A stretch of 64,000 bases of DNA, from NCBI RefSeq assembly GCF_001194135.2, contig NC_068993.1, positions 64,735,818 through 64,799,817 on the forward strand. The letters run 5' to 3'. Positions 27,361 through 41,789 of this stretch are shown in pieces. Position numbers and translations under genes: made by a program. Position 1 is the stretch's first letter. Each line of letters opens with the position of its first letter. The notes under the pieces were generated by a model. The model saw nothing but the letters and a program-made list of their open reading frames with translations, was not told where the DNA came from and searched no databases. This stretch comes from Octopus bimaculoides (lineage: Eukaryota).

Positions 27361-28394
27361 TGGTTTTTGATTTTGCTTTGTTTTGTTCGTTTATTTTATT
27401 TTTTTTAAATCTACGTCTAATAGCATTAGATTCTTTTTAATAATTCACAAACTAACAAATAATAAATCGTTAAATTATGATATTTTATCTTCCAGAAAAC
27501 ATGTGAAATGTTTAGTTATCGAAATATTTTTCTAATCATAAATATAATGAGAATAATCAGTTCAAAAACAGTGGAATAACATCGCAGCCAAAATATTGAA
27601 CAGACTGGAAAAGTTTGCAAATTCTTTAAAGTTTAATTATATTATATCATTAGAGAAATCTTCATTCACATCCAGAGGAGAATAATTGAAGTAATTTATC
27701 GAATACAATTTATTATAAATTTATGTATGGCTGCACAAACGCCCATAAGCATACGTATAAAGATAAACTCATATATGTAGCATATTATAGCAATTGCAAT
27801 AATATATGTATGTATGTAGGTATGTATGTATGTATGTATATTGACACATACAAACACACACACATATATGTATGTATACACTTACATAATACATACACAG
27901 GCATCTACTAACATCGTGCACGCATGTACACACCGACGCTTTCCAGTACCTAATGTCTATAATTGATATTTTTCATCATTTTCTATAATGCACTGAGAGC
28001 AATCCGGTTTGTACAGCGAACTCACAGATTGTGACTCCTCTGTCTACGCGAATCAATTCGTCCACTTTGCTGGCGTCTCTTGTCAGTGACGGCATTTCGT
28101 TAGTCTCCCACTGTGATTTGTCTTCAATACAGCTTTCCTCTGCATCTATCCATCTGTGCTGACATCTCGCTCAATATTCTGTTACCTTCTGTGGATGCTG
28201 CACTCTTTCTTCGCCGAAAACTGACTGTCCGCCTCTGGCTTCTGTTTGCACTCCACTATTTGTCAGCAATAAAGAAGATCGAAAAGACAGGTTCCTATAG
28301 AGGTGGAGTTACTTTACCAACATGTGCTGAAAACTTTGGTAACAATCTTCCACCCGGGTTCCGAAACCGCAACTCCAAATCACCATACAAACAT

Positions 28395-28475
28395 CAACTG
28401 GTGACGTCACCCACCTCCAGTCCAATGAAATTCTACAAACACCAGTTGCTGACGTCACCTAACTAAAGACCAATC
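28395..28475 (+). promoter_or_regulatory. Duplicated CRE (TGACGTCA) plus CCAAT cassette, 48-bp period
   Basis: TGACGTCA at 28402 and 28450; CCAAT at 28422 and 28470; TATAAAT at 28659. Function not demonstrated. Confidence 0.4.
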
Positions 28476-29341
28476 AAACCCGAACTTCAGCGAATACAAC
28501 GAAATGACCCTTTAAGAAAACCAACTAACCGGAACGACTTATGTCCGTATCCACAAGGAAACCAACCAAGCAGAACAATAAACTTGACCACGGAAAAAAG
28601 AAAAAACCTCACCAGGATTTTAACGAATCAAAAATCAGACCCGCTCGCGGAAAAAAATTATAAATTCATCCGATCCCAAAACATGCCACGACAAGTGAAA
28701 GCGTCTACAGAAGGAGGATCAGAGAAACTGTAAACCTAATTCCTCCCCCCCACCTTTTTTTTTGACTATTTTCATTTCACACTTGTTCTTTTTTTTTTCC
28801 AGTATGACTTGTCGACCACCACTAAAATTAATGAACTTTGTACATTCAAACAAATTGATATACAGTTTTAATTATATTGACTGCTGTGAACATTCAAACA
28901 TACACCTGTTTTGAACATGTTAATTTATCAACATTGAAACATTTTAGTTTGTCAACATTGAAACTTTTAAAGATTTTTTTTTTAATTTTAAACTTTTACC
29001 ATTGATAAACAAAAACTATTGTTGAATCTAGTTTGGTATATATGTAAATAAATGTATTTTAAACATTTACGAGTTTTTGAAATTTAGGTGCATTTTCAAC
29101 AGCACATTTTCCTATATTTTTTTCCTGCGTGGAAACACCCCCACCCCCCTCTTTTGTTAAATATATATATATATACACATATACACTCATCACTTGCCTC
29201 GCAGTGGCACACTGGGGCACACCTACAATTTCTACGACATCGTAGTGGCCATTTTTGTTTGGGTTTCTCGCTCGTAATGCACACATGTGCAACTGTGTGT
29301 GCTTAGCTATAGCTGTTTACTTACTTATAGTTATTTTGCAG

Positions 29342-29491
29342 GAACCGACAGAAAAGCTGATATCTTCAGCCGATGGTGTGGAGGCACTCGACGCAAGTTT
29401 TACACCTATCACGCAAGTCTATTCATTCACTTCCATTCAGATGCTTCTCTGACTGGCCGAGGCTTCCAGTTATCGTATTACATGGGATCAC
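29342..29491 (+). CDS. CUB1 exon C (150 nt, phase 1 to 1): TDRKADIFSRWCGGTRRKFYTYHASLFIHFHSDASLTGRGFQLSYYMGS
   Basis: Acceptor ttattttgcag, donor C|gtaagt; WCG and FHSD...GF..Y motifs. Confidence 0.93.
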
Positions 29492-30800
29492 GTAAGTTAC
29501 TCATTTAACACATTATTTTTCAATGATATAATTGTCATATAACTGTTAGTAAATAAATGCGAATAAAAAAAACAAAGAAATTGCTAAACTATTTTTAATT
29601 ATTGCCAAATAATGGCAATAAGTGTTGCATACTTTGGTATTACAAGAACTTAGAGCGAAATAACAGCATTACCGAGCGAAATAATAGCATTACAGAGATT
29701 AAACCGGAACTCAAAGAAAGAACTTCCAAACTTAGTTCTTTTTTTTTATTTATCTATTTCGTTTATAGATTCTAATTTAGGTTGAAATACAAACTCTCCG
29801 TTTGTACAATTTAAATTAAGTATTTAAAAGTCAAGTTTAAACATTGCAGGAGTTTCTCAAATCGATGTTCTGTCGTATCTACTATTCTCTATGTTGATAA
29901 GAATTGGTATTCTGAGAATATGTAACATATTTTCTCCGAACTGATGGACATATCCATTGCTTTCCCTTGTAGCCTTTAAGAACCAACTTCAAACTGCATT
30001 GTGTTTATTTTTCATTACTGATATTACTGGATTTATCTCCCTTACTCGCACATTTTGATTTTAAACATTCCTAGAGGGAGTATTAACCTCCTAATTACAG
30101 TGATAATCTATCAATTTTTCGATAATCTCAGTTTATCAAAATATTTCAATTTCACTGTAATGCATACGTGAGAGTCTTTATTGCGTGCCATACGAGTCTT
30201 CATTATGCCATACGACTTTTTGAAGTACTTCTCTTTGACCCGGGAAAATGTGTATATGTGTGTGTAGATGTGGGTGTGCATGTTTGTGTGTGTATGTGTG
30301 CTCTATTGATAGCTTTATGGACGGAGTTTATAAAAGCTGGCATGATCGTAGGCTTAGTTTGAGCCTTACGTATTACAGAGTGGTCGACTTTAAAACCACC
30401 AACTGGCAAAGGGTTTACTTGTCACAACTATTCAGATTTTATCAAGGCCGCTGATTTCTACTGCAGATATCTAGAATTTGCCATTTTCAGCATCTCTTCC
30501 TTGGGGATAAAAACAAAACGTTTTATATGCTTCCGTTCGCCCTCCTATTATTTCATGAAAATCTTTGAGAAGTTGCAAGATACAACACTACACTGAAAAG
30601 TGGGTGTACACTGTCGAATAAATCCTTATCGATTTATTGTTTCTATCATATAAAATGAGTATTTCAACTTTAAAAAAAAAACAACGATTGGAGATACATT
30701 TCTAATCAATATGCCAGTTCTAACTGGCCCTAAGTGGTTCCGAACACTGCAACAAGCGATAAGAAATATAGGCTTAGAAGTAAATATGTAAATAATTCGC

Positions 30801-30831
<31 letters not shown>

Positions 30832-31206
30832 ATTACCCAGGCATACGGAAACATACATAGTAATATTTAATACATATAGACTCGAACACACACGCATACT
30901 CAAAAACACACATATAATAGAATGTATATACGTGCGTGTATGCGTTGTATATCAGAGATTATTTGAGATGTTTGTGCCAAATTTGGTACCTATTCATTTG
31001 GCATGGTAATTTGGAGATTTGGAATTTTGCAATTCTGAAAGTTTGAAGTTAATTATCCAGAAAAGCACAGCCCTAAGCCTTTGGATCGAGATTTCGAGAC
31101 GTGCTGAGAGAATTTGGCACGCAGTACAGATACATATACAGACGCACATATATATATATATATATATATATATACATTTATAGATATAGATATGTACATA
31201 CATTTA

Positions 31207-31255
<49 letters not shown>

Positions 31256-32288
31256 ATACACACATACATATAACTATTAATCAATATTCACCAGAATAAA
31301 TAAATAAATGGAATCACACTCACATAAATTACTAGCAAGCACACCTACCTCTGTGTGTTTGTGTATGTTTGTAGTATAGGCCATACGTATATTAGTAACT
31401 ATTCGTTTGAATCAGACAAACTACAGTTTCATCTTCATAATAACTCGATTAGTGCAATAACAGCGGTGTGTAATCAAACGATATGTAAACACTATCGGAG
31501 TAAACCCAACAAGTAATTCTGGGATTATTTCATTATTTTCGCTTTTTTTTTCCTACGATTATTAGAATATTCTGAAATCTCTATTCCAACCTTTGCTTCC
31601 TCTTTTAATTAGCAATTTTAATTAGCAAGGAAGATGTTTCAGTTCATCTCTAATTTTGGAAATCTTTTCATCTTTCTAGGTTTTCCGTACTCATTCATAA
31701 TTCTTATATGCTTATATTAATTCCATCATTTTTCCGTCCCATCATTGCTTTTCTCTGACCTTCTTTATCCCTCTTCTTTCATCTCCTTCTTCATTTCTTT
31801 GTTTTGTTTTTTTATTGCTTAGTTGCTTTCTATCCTCATTTTAAGCCTTTTTATTAAAAATAAAATCTCTTAGAATTTCAATATTACTGGCTTGGTGGGG
31901 GGCGTGCCTTTATAACACGGCACTTGTAGACTATATTTCAACGTAGACAGAAGCCTCCAAGGGAGCATGGTTGAGAAATTGCAGCAGGATGTTCATGTTG
32001 TGCACACGAGAAAGCTAACCTTACGAGTATTAAACGCCTAGGGGCCGGTTCGAAGTACACTTTGCGTTGATCATACGTTGTTTATGGGTTTGTGTGTGTG
32101 TGGTGCAAGGTAGAAAAGTGACCGAGTCCTTAAAGTTTTATGTAGCATCGCTCCGCTCTCAGTTCCCTCAGGGCCACGGTTTATTTTGCCTTTCATCGTC
32201 GATAATAAAATGGAGTATATTTTTCTATTTTATGTCTATACTCAGGCATATATAAGTGTGGGTGTGTGTGTGTGTACGCGTACGCGTT

Positions 32289-32353
<65 letters not shown>

Positions 32354-33052
32354 TCACATATCTAGAATAAATAAGCTCAAAGAACGAACACATATTCCAT
32401 CCTATTATAAAGTCATTTTAAGTTTAACTCTTCGAATACCGAGTAAATAGATTGCGTTCGGCAATCAGTCCATCGCGCACGACAACCTATTTACCAACCT
32501 CATCCAATCTTATTTTCGGGTGATCTTTTGTTAACTTATTCAATCTAAAAGTGTAAGAAATAAGTAAGCATCGTTAATGATGGATTTCCCGTGGCAGATG
32601 AATTTTTATTTTCTAGAGTTGAAGATATCTTAAAATAAGACCCTGATTTAAGGGAAATTATTTCTTCTCAGCGCAGTGATTTTTGTCAAATTTGTGTGCG
32701 ATCAATTCAACTTCTCTCTTCTTCCTCTTTTTCCGCTTCCCCCCTCTTCCTCTCTCTTTTTCTCTGCATCACCCCCCCCCATCCTTACCGGGAAAGGTTT
32801 TCACATTGCAATCGGTGTACAACATATTTTTCTAGTGTTTGTTTAGATATACAATGGCATACACACGTATATATGACGTGCATATATGTATATGTATATA
32901 TATCTGTGTGTGCGTGCGTGCACGCGTGTATGCATAAATATATGTTTGTAAACAAATACGTGTATGCGTTTGTGTGAGCATGTAAATGTATGTATATATA
33001 TATACACATATAATATATATATATATACACACACACGTATATCTATCTATCA

Positions 33053-33114
<62 letters not shown>

Positions 33115-33563
33115 GCACACACATACACGCATATATGTATATATATAAACCTACATAAGTATATATCTTTATATACTCACGCATACATCTATACAAGTCC
33201 CATATGCTGCCTTTCCTTTCTTTCATCTCTCTCTATTCTCTTTCTCACAGGCACATGCACACACATACATGACTTGACTGAGCAAGTTTCTATGTTCTGG
33301 CCTATGGCTATAGATTGCCTCAGAAGCTTTTGCTACTANNNNNNNNNNTGCTACTATTTAGATACATTGCTAAATGGAAAAAGTCTAAAGTATAAAGAAT
33401 TTTTTTTTTTTTTTTCATAGTTAGTTGCCGATATATAACAATGTATCTTAGAAATAATTGCCATCTACAAAGAATCACAACTTCGATTTCGTGTGATAAT
33501 TTCATTGGTATAGAATTTAAACCATATTTTACTTTACATGCCACCACTGCACTACCATTCTAT

Positions 33564-33604
<41 letters not shown>

Positions 33605-34750
33605 GCTTATATATATACTTGTACGTACAAATTATCTTTATAAATGCTGTTTATCGCTATGTGCGAATGTGAGTGCGCATGTTCAATATAGTGTATGTGT
33701 TATATAATCATATACCTTTGCCTGTGCGTGTGAAGGGTTTCTTGTGTATAATTATGTGCTTTTAACGGCGCACGAGTGTGCGTTTAACTTTGAGCATGTA
33801 ATTATGTGTTTATGTGTCTGTCTGTGTGGATATATCTCTAATTATGGAAGATTGCTTGAGTTTTTGTGCGATTGGGTAAATGCATGTTAGTGTGGGTCTT
33901 TGTGTTTATATATATATGCATGTTTATGTGTACGTGTTTGACAATGTGCCGGAGAGTTTGTATGTATAATTATGCGTTTGATCTGTACGTGAGGGTGCGT
34001 ATGTATTTGCATTTGCGTATAAGCTTGCATATAATTTATGCGTTCAACTGAATATATGATTGCTTCTTGCGCATGTGTGTCCGTGAGAAAGAGAGGGAGA
34101 ACCAGTTATGGTGTTTCATACAATATAGTTATAACAACTGACTTATAGGTATTTTTTGATTCATTCGAAACATTTTCAACTTGTTTATCTTTGAAAATAG
34201 CTAACTACAAAAAAAAAAAGAAAGAAAGAAAAAGAGATCGGAATTTTAAAAAAATGCATAATAGCGTTTAGGTCGATATTTCTCGTGTTTACAGTAAAGA
34301 TCGATAAGAAAGTCAGTATGTCGTCTCAAAAATAGATATGTTCCATTTTGAAACCAATTCGCTATTTTATAGATAAGATGAGACTCGATTGAAAGTAATC
34401 GATCGCAAATCGGGACAAGATGGTCAAAGGGGATGTTATTATTATTATTGTTATTATTGTTGTGGTCGAATGGGTGAGTCTTGTTGTAGTTGCTGATTGT
34501 TTTTGCTTTATTATAACATTCATTAAAATTATTAAATTATAAATACAAGTCATAACCTTGCATGGCTTTAGCAAAAACATCACCGGCCGCAAAAAATGAC
34601 AGGCTTTGAAAAAGTTAGATTTTCATAAATGCATATACATACGGACACACAGGCAGGCACACACGGATTATATATGTATATATCTGTATGTATAATATAA
34701 CATAATGCTATGCATGTATATGTACAAATAGATAGCCATATAAAGAGATA

Positions 34751-34807
<57 letters not shown>

Positions 34808-35043
34808 GAGAGAGTTATCGAAAGAAGGAGAGAGATATGAGACAAGACAAAGTAGAGTCGGGAATGATTAAATGAAGCGACTGAGATATAACATTGATGC
34901 TTACAAACAGAAAGAGACGGTGATTAGAGAGGCAACGGGATGGTGGAGATGTTATCATTAATTCTTTCTACTTCTCCGAATGTCAAATTAGAAATTTTCT
35001 TCGGAAACCTATCGCCTTTTCTCATTTTTCCTTTTCCATTTTG

Positions 35044-35098
<55 letters not shown>

Positions 35099-35203
35099 CA
35101 CGTTTTCTCTCTTCACACACACATACATATTTAAGAATGTATGCGTGTGTGCTTATACATAAATATATGTAAGTATATATGTATGATTGTATGCATGGGT
35201 AAG

Positions 35204-35236
<33 letters not shown>

Positions 35237-35389
35237 ATGTATGTATGTATGTATGTATGTATATATTTCTGAATGTGTCTGTATGTATATATATATGTCG
35301 TTGCACTATTTCTGCACCGTCCCTCTGTACACCTTATACGATAGACTACATTCATAGTTTAAGCTCATAGAGTTTAAGACCATGTCCTC

Positions 35390-36890
35390 TCTACCACTTT
35401 GCAGTATGCTGTTTTCATCAATAAGAGGTCCAATTGATGAGACTGCAACCTTACGCTTTTTTAACGAATGAGAACTCTTTCGGGTTGGCTTTTATTTTAT
35501 CAATGGCCCATTTCTCTTCTGCTTCTCTTTGATTGTCAGTAACATTTTTCAACCAGTTTTGGAGATGGTGTTTCCTTGATTCTAACGGGTCTATATCCGC
35601 CATGTGTGAGTGTTGCAGCTGGCAATATTTTAGCCGGTTGATTTTTGATTCGTTCTCTTTATCTTTCGTATGAGTGATTTTCTGGGACGTGTTAGTCCGT
35701 AGTTTGTCTTGTTCATGGACCGTAGCGTGGTGTTGTGTAGACATATGTTTGTGACAATGTCCATAAATAGCTGCCATGATGAATCAATGCTTCTTGGAGA
35801 GAAGGAGTCTGCGAAAGACCAGTCAATGAGTGAGAGCTCGTGGCTGATTGCCGACCAGTTAGCATTGTGAAGGTCCACGAGATCGAAGGGGTGTGAGGGA
35901 TTGAGATCACTCGGATACGCAATTGGCTGCCAGAATCTTAGGCGACAGAGAACCATATCGTGGTCGGAAAGAAGAGGTTTTTTTTCCACTGTAATATCGT
36001 GGATATTGTTTGTGTGGTTGCTTAGCACTAAGTCCAGACTGTTCTTCTTGAACCTCGTTGGCACGAGCACGAGTTGGGACAGGAAAAACTCTTCCATAAA
36101 TTGAAATGGCGATTCCACTGCGGCTTTGTCTGAAATGGAAATGCACGCACCAGTTTTCAGGGTATGAATAAACCAGTTAACACAGGGGAAACTGAAGTCA
36201 CCCACCATAAGAATATTATCAGGATGACATTGTTGAAAGAAAGGCTTGATATTCGTGAGGCAGACCTTGAAGCACAATAGTGGGGAATGAGGTGGCCTGT
36301 AGAGCCCAGTTATTACTAAATCATTCCTTTTTGTTGCAGACAGATACTGATTCACAATAGCCATTGGAAAATGTGACATTTGTTTCTGCAGTAAATGAGT
36401 CATGTGGGTAAATGACAACTCCTCCCTCTTCTACTGATGCGGTCTGTCGGATTTTGGTGAAATTCCTTACTTTTACTTCAGCTTCCGAATGGGAGTTGTC
36501 AAGGTGGATTTCAGTAAGGATGAAGAGGGGAATGTGATGAGTGTGGTCGGTAACCCAGTCCTCAATGAATTGGATCTTCCATCATTTTGCATGGAAGGGT
36601 GTGCAGATGCCTTGTACATTGAGTAAGAATGTTGAGACTGGAGTAGTGGCCTGGTTAGACTTTTTTAGAGGCCTCGGTAGATATTTATGGGTTAATGATA
36701 GTGAGGAGGAGGATAGATTTTGTACTGAGGTAGCGGCAGAGGTTGGTTCCGTGTGATAGCCAAGATACTCTTCTGGATCTGTTTGGCTAGGTTTTGCATG
36801 GATAAAAAAGATGAATTAACCTGGTCAAGGAGAACTTCGTGGCTGGAATTGTGTTTACATTCACAGTTAGGTTGGTTGCTTCTACTGCTT
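35390..36890 (-). mobile_element. CR1-group LINE APE-endonuclease fragment
   Basis: LLNVQG, LTEIHL, GGVVIY, ITGLYRPP, MVGDFSFPCVNW, PTR..NSLDLVLSN, SDHDMV, KIKANPKEF. Confidence 0.88.
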
Positions 36891-36897
36891 CGAATGG

Positions 36898-37750
36898 ATG
36901 CTCTCCAGAAGGAGGACTTTCCAAGGAGATAGTTTATCTCCGTTGATTTTTGTTCTCTGCATCATCCTTCTGAACTCGGGACTTAGGAAAATTAACCTGG
37001 GATATCAGCTAAAGGGAAAATATCGAACACTCAACCACCACTTCTTCATGGACGATTCGAAGTTGTATGGCAAGAACGGAGCATAAGTGAGTTCTTTGAT
37101 GAACACGGTTCACTGTTCAGGAAGTGTGATATCATGCGCCTGAAAACAGGCAAAGTACAGTCCCTACTAGGGATAGAATTACCTAATAGAGAACTGATTA
37201 AACGAATTGAAAAGAACGGCTACAAATACCTTGGCATACTAGAGTTCAACGAAATCATGGAGAAGGAAATTAAAGAACAACTGAGCATGGAATATCTCCG
37301 AACACTAAGATTTGTGTTGCGCCCGAAATTGACCGGATGGAATAAAATCCAAGCGTTTAATATATCAGTGATAGCCTCACTTCGGTATGGAGCTGGAACC
37401 ATAAACTGGCTAAAGAAAGAACTGATGAATACGAAGACAAGAAAAATATGCACGGAGCCTTCCACCATAAGAGCGACACCGATAGGCTGTACTTTTCCAG
37501 AAGAAACGGTGGGAGAGGTTTGATCAGTTGCCAGGATTGTATCGAAACAGAGGAAAACAGCTTAGTGTAATATGTAAAAAATACAGTGGAACCATTGTTG
37601 AAAGATGTAAAGAAGTCCGGCGACATTAAAACTGAGAATTGTGTAAAGAAAGAAAAAGAGGAAAAGAACACAAAAAAAGAAGCAGCATGTTAAGAAAAAA
37701 AATGTATGGTCAGTTTGCAAGAGATACGAACGCCAAGAAATTGTATCGGT
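36898..37750 (+). mobile_element. R4/Dong-like (REL-clade) LINE RT fragment
   Basis: FQGDSLSPLIF, NHHFFMDDSKLY, YKYLGILE, SLRYGAGTINW. Confidence 0.85.
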
Positions 37751-38371
37751 GTCTAATATAGATTTCAAATTCTGACACAAGGCCAGCAATTTCGACGGAG
37801 ATGTTAAGTCAATCCGTCGCCTTATTTCGGTGTATTGTCTTGATTGTGAAACATCGAGAATAACAGATACTTGCTTTAAAAAAAAACGGGATCGTTCTCG
37901 TTAGTGTTTCTGTCGTGACATATAAATTATATTTTAGCTCTCCATATATGGTAATGGGGGAACCTCTGTGTAGTCTCTTCATCTCACAAAAATAGTACCT
38001 AATTCCCCATCAAATTATACGTTATGGTCTTAAAGCAGGGCAGATCGATTAAGCAGTTTATCCAAAATCCCCTGTCTAGAAAATAGACAGAATGATGATG
38101 GATATAACATGTCTTTTCAATAAGATTTGCTCACCTTGGACAAACTTGGATGTAAATAACAACTGCTTTTGATTCGATACAATAAACCTGCAGTCCACTT
38201 CAAATATCTGACCTGAAAAGAAATAATTATTTTTGCTTTATAAGTTTGTTTGGTATGTTTGTTTCTAAATTATTATCTCGGTAATTGCAATTCCATTTAA
38301 TTGACAAAGAAAACCAAATAATCTAAACATTTCTTTGTTTTTTTTTTTTGTTTTTTTTTTTCATCTTTCAG

Positions 38372-38465
38372 CCTCTGCAGCATGTCGGGACAAAACACTA
38401 TTAGTTGCTAACCGCCATGGCTGGAAAGAGTTCAATTCACCGTTTTATCCCACAGTATATGAAGG
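38372..38465 (+). CDS. CUB2 exon A (94 nt, phase 1 to 2): SAACRDKTLLVANRHGWKEFNSPFYPTVYE
   Basis: Long poly-T tract then tcatctttcag, donor GG|gtatgt; SPFYP motif; a second in-frame AG lies 9 nt downstream. Confidence 0.9.
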
Positions 38466-38800
38466 GTATGTATATTACATATATATCAATTTATATGATT
38501 ACATATATTCAACATTTCAGAGAAAGATGTCCAAAGTAAAGTTTCATCTTTTTTAAAGTTCATAGGGTTGCTTGATTGGAGCCTGACATATGCTTAAAAC
38601 TTACCACTACCAATAACAGCACAACACAAACAACAACCACATGACCAAAACCACAACCAATAATAATATCTAATAACAACGGTATTACTACAGCACAACC
38701 TCATCCAGATGCTAATGTCACTAACAACAATAACAACACAAGTAACATCACCACAGTTATCAACAACTGCGACAATACGACTACCACTGACAATAATAAC

Positions 38801-38996
38801 GGTTTCAAATTTTTCTACAAGGGCAGCAATTTTGAGGAGTGAGTGAGTCGATTACATTGAGCCCAGTACTCAACTGGTACTTATTTTTATCGACCCTGAA
38901 AGGATGAAAGGCGGAATTTGAACTCAGAACGGAGCAACAAGCGAAATACCTCCAAGCATTTTGTGCAGCGTTCTCTCGGTTCTGCCAGCTTGCTGC
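38801..38996 (-). mobile_element. tRNA-derived SINE, same subfamily as the 43703 copy
   Basis: Reverse complement of the same module including the GCCCTTGT..AAAATTTGAAA tail. Confidence 0.85.
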
Positions 38997-39082
38997 TTTC
39001 CTTGTGACCGCAATCACAACGCTATCTGGACTATTTCTTTATTGCCCACTGGACTACCACAACCAGTAGCAACTATAATATT

Positions 39083-39250
39083 TATTTCTTTATTGCCCAC
39101 AGGGGGCTAAACATATAGAAGGGCCAAACAAGCACAGACAACGGGATTAAGTCGATTACATCGACCCCAGTGCGTAACTGGTACTTATTTAATCGACCCC
39201 GAAAGGATGAAAGACAAAGTCGACCTCTAACGATTCCGCCAGCTCGCTGC
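39083..39250 (-). mobile_element. tRNA-derived SINE with internal deletion and a different 3' tail
   Basis: Same head and central module, tail ..TTTAGCCCCCTGTGGGCAATAAAGAAAT. Confidence 0.82.
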
Positions 39251-41672
39251 CTTTCTTGCAACCACTGGCAATAACAACACTATCTGCATAACCACACCCA
39301 GCAGCTATGAACCCTATCACCACCATCGCCGCTTCCACCCTACACCCACCCACACACCATCTATAGCCACGTGCTGATTAGTCTCGGTCGTCTATATTCA
39401 AGTACCGCTACATGTAATGAGATGATGGAAGTAACTCTGTCTCATACGCAGATTGTCTATTCCAGATATGGCCTGCCACTACATGCATTCAATTTGAAAT
39501 AGATTATCAGATGGGCCTTAACTGACCAGTTTAAAAATTGTTCAGTTTTAAAACTGCTCAACGGGGAATTGTTTCCCAACATGGTGGCATCTTGTCTTCT
39601 TTTCTACCGCATTATGTACAGTGAGAGAAATGTTTGTTATTTCTTGCAGAGTGACATGAAATATGCCTTATTTGTTGAGTAATACTCAATGCTGCTGTAT
39701 ATTTAGAAATGTATGTATGTACCTATCTATGTAAGTATGCACGTATATATGGATCTTTGGGTATGTATGGATGTATCTGTGTGTATGCATATGTGTTGTT
39801 TTCACCAAGGTTGAGTGGGGACGTGGTAGTCATGTTGGGATTAAAGGCGTTGGAGGAGTGTTTCTCTGTAAAGGGAATTTTTACGCAGACTCTCAGCAAA
39901 GTAGAATGCGCAACCAAATCCATTTGAAACTAACACAAAACCTTTCTACAATGGTATTGTTGAAAGAAAGGTTTGATTTAAAAAAAACTATAGATATTGT
40001 GATTAGCAGTCTGTGCGGTCGAAATACTGTAGTACTTACAATCTAAATACGAGATCACTCTTCAGTGCCACACACTTTACGTGACTCTAGTCAAGAGACA
40101 TTAGCTTGATTACTTTAGGTTGCACGGCGAACACAAGGAAATATTTCATGTTTTTTTTTACAGTTTGACTTGATTGGATTATTAAGAGCATCAAAAGTAA
40201 AAATATTGCTGTAACGCAAGTCAAGCCACCGATACTTGCATATAACAACTAATGTAAAACAGCAGTAATAAAGAAGAAAGAGGTGAATAGGAGAGATGAC
40301 TGGGTTGATTTATGATTGAAGCAGAAATTTGTAACTTTCTAGTGTCATGATTTTTGGCCACCATGAAAATAACTATTGGTGCTGACAAGAAAGAACGAAA
40401 AACAATTAGCTAATGTCCTTACCAATATAGCTGAGAAGAAATCAAAATGTAAGTTTTAGTCTAGAAGGAATAAGAATCCATTGACCATGAATTTCATAGC
40501 TTCTGTTGTTTGATACTTCATCTGATTACATATGTTCCCACTGATTATAATTGATTAGTTTCAAAGGCCGTGTTTCACAGGCAAAATTTACAGTCAGTTG
40601 AGCCAATGCAAAGGAATTAGAGGAGCTTATTGTATTGACTCCGGGGAAATGAGTAGCAGAGATGCACATCGGCTGGAATTTAAACTCAAAATGAAACAAA
40701 ATGTCATGATACTTTAAATTTATCCCATGTAATTGAATTTAATATATGTAATATGCTGAGTTGAAAAACATGGATTAAATAAGATTATCCATAGACTCAG
40801 TAGATAAATTTCCTCTTTATAATTCGCTTCATCTGGAATGACAGTAATTAGCTATTGTTTTAGAGTCTAATTAATTTCACTCCAAGAATCAATGAAAGAC
40901 AAATTCTTTTTCCGGCTGGATTTTATATTCAGAATGTTTGTAGACAACACTCAAATAGTGTAACATATTTAGTTTGGAACACTGCATTTACTGCTAATTG
41001 ATCATAATTAAAGATTCCTCTTTTTGTAAGAAGATCGAATATTTAAATGAAGAATGTTTGATAAAAAAAAAAAAATTTTAAGGCCGAAATTGCGATATGA
41101 TTGGTAAATATATTCGTATGATGCTACATTGGTACATTAGGCGTCGTTCAAGGACGAGTTAATGGTTTATATAGCTGTGTCAGGTATTAAAGCCAGACAT
41201 TAGCGGGACGAAGTTAAATGCATTTTGTCAATTTATGCGATTATATTGTCTTCAATTTTCATAGACAAATATCCCGGCTAAAGATAAATTGCCAAAATAA
41301 TTATTTAATTACGACTGAAATTAAGAAAAACATCTAAATAGGTTAAAGTATATTCGACGGTGTATTAATGCCCAGACGTTTTGACAGGTTATCAGTACAG
41401 TTTATGTGAATGTGTGTGAATATGTGTGTGTGTGTGTGTGTGTATTTTTGTATGTGTGTGTATATATATGCATATATAAATGTATCCACACACATATATA
41501 CGCATATATGTGCGCGCGAATATGTTTAATTGCGTATGTGATTTTTGTCGATGTTAAATGAAATTATAAAACAAAACAAATTATAAAAATAAAACAAAAT
41601 TGTATCGAAGCTTGGAATAGGTTTCCTACGTAGGATATTTTACTTGCGATTTTTCGAATACATTCTATATAA

Positions 41673-41727
<55 letters not shown>

Positions 41728-41789
41728 CAATATCAACAGTTATGAATGAATTGTATCAACAAACATGTGCTTCGCCCAGCCTCTGCTGA

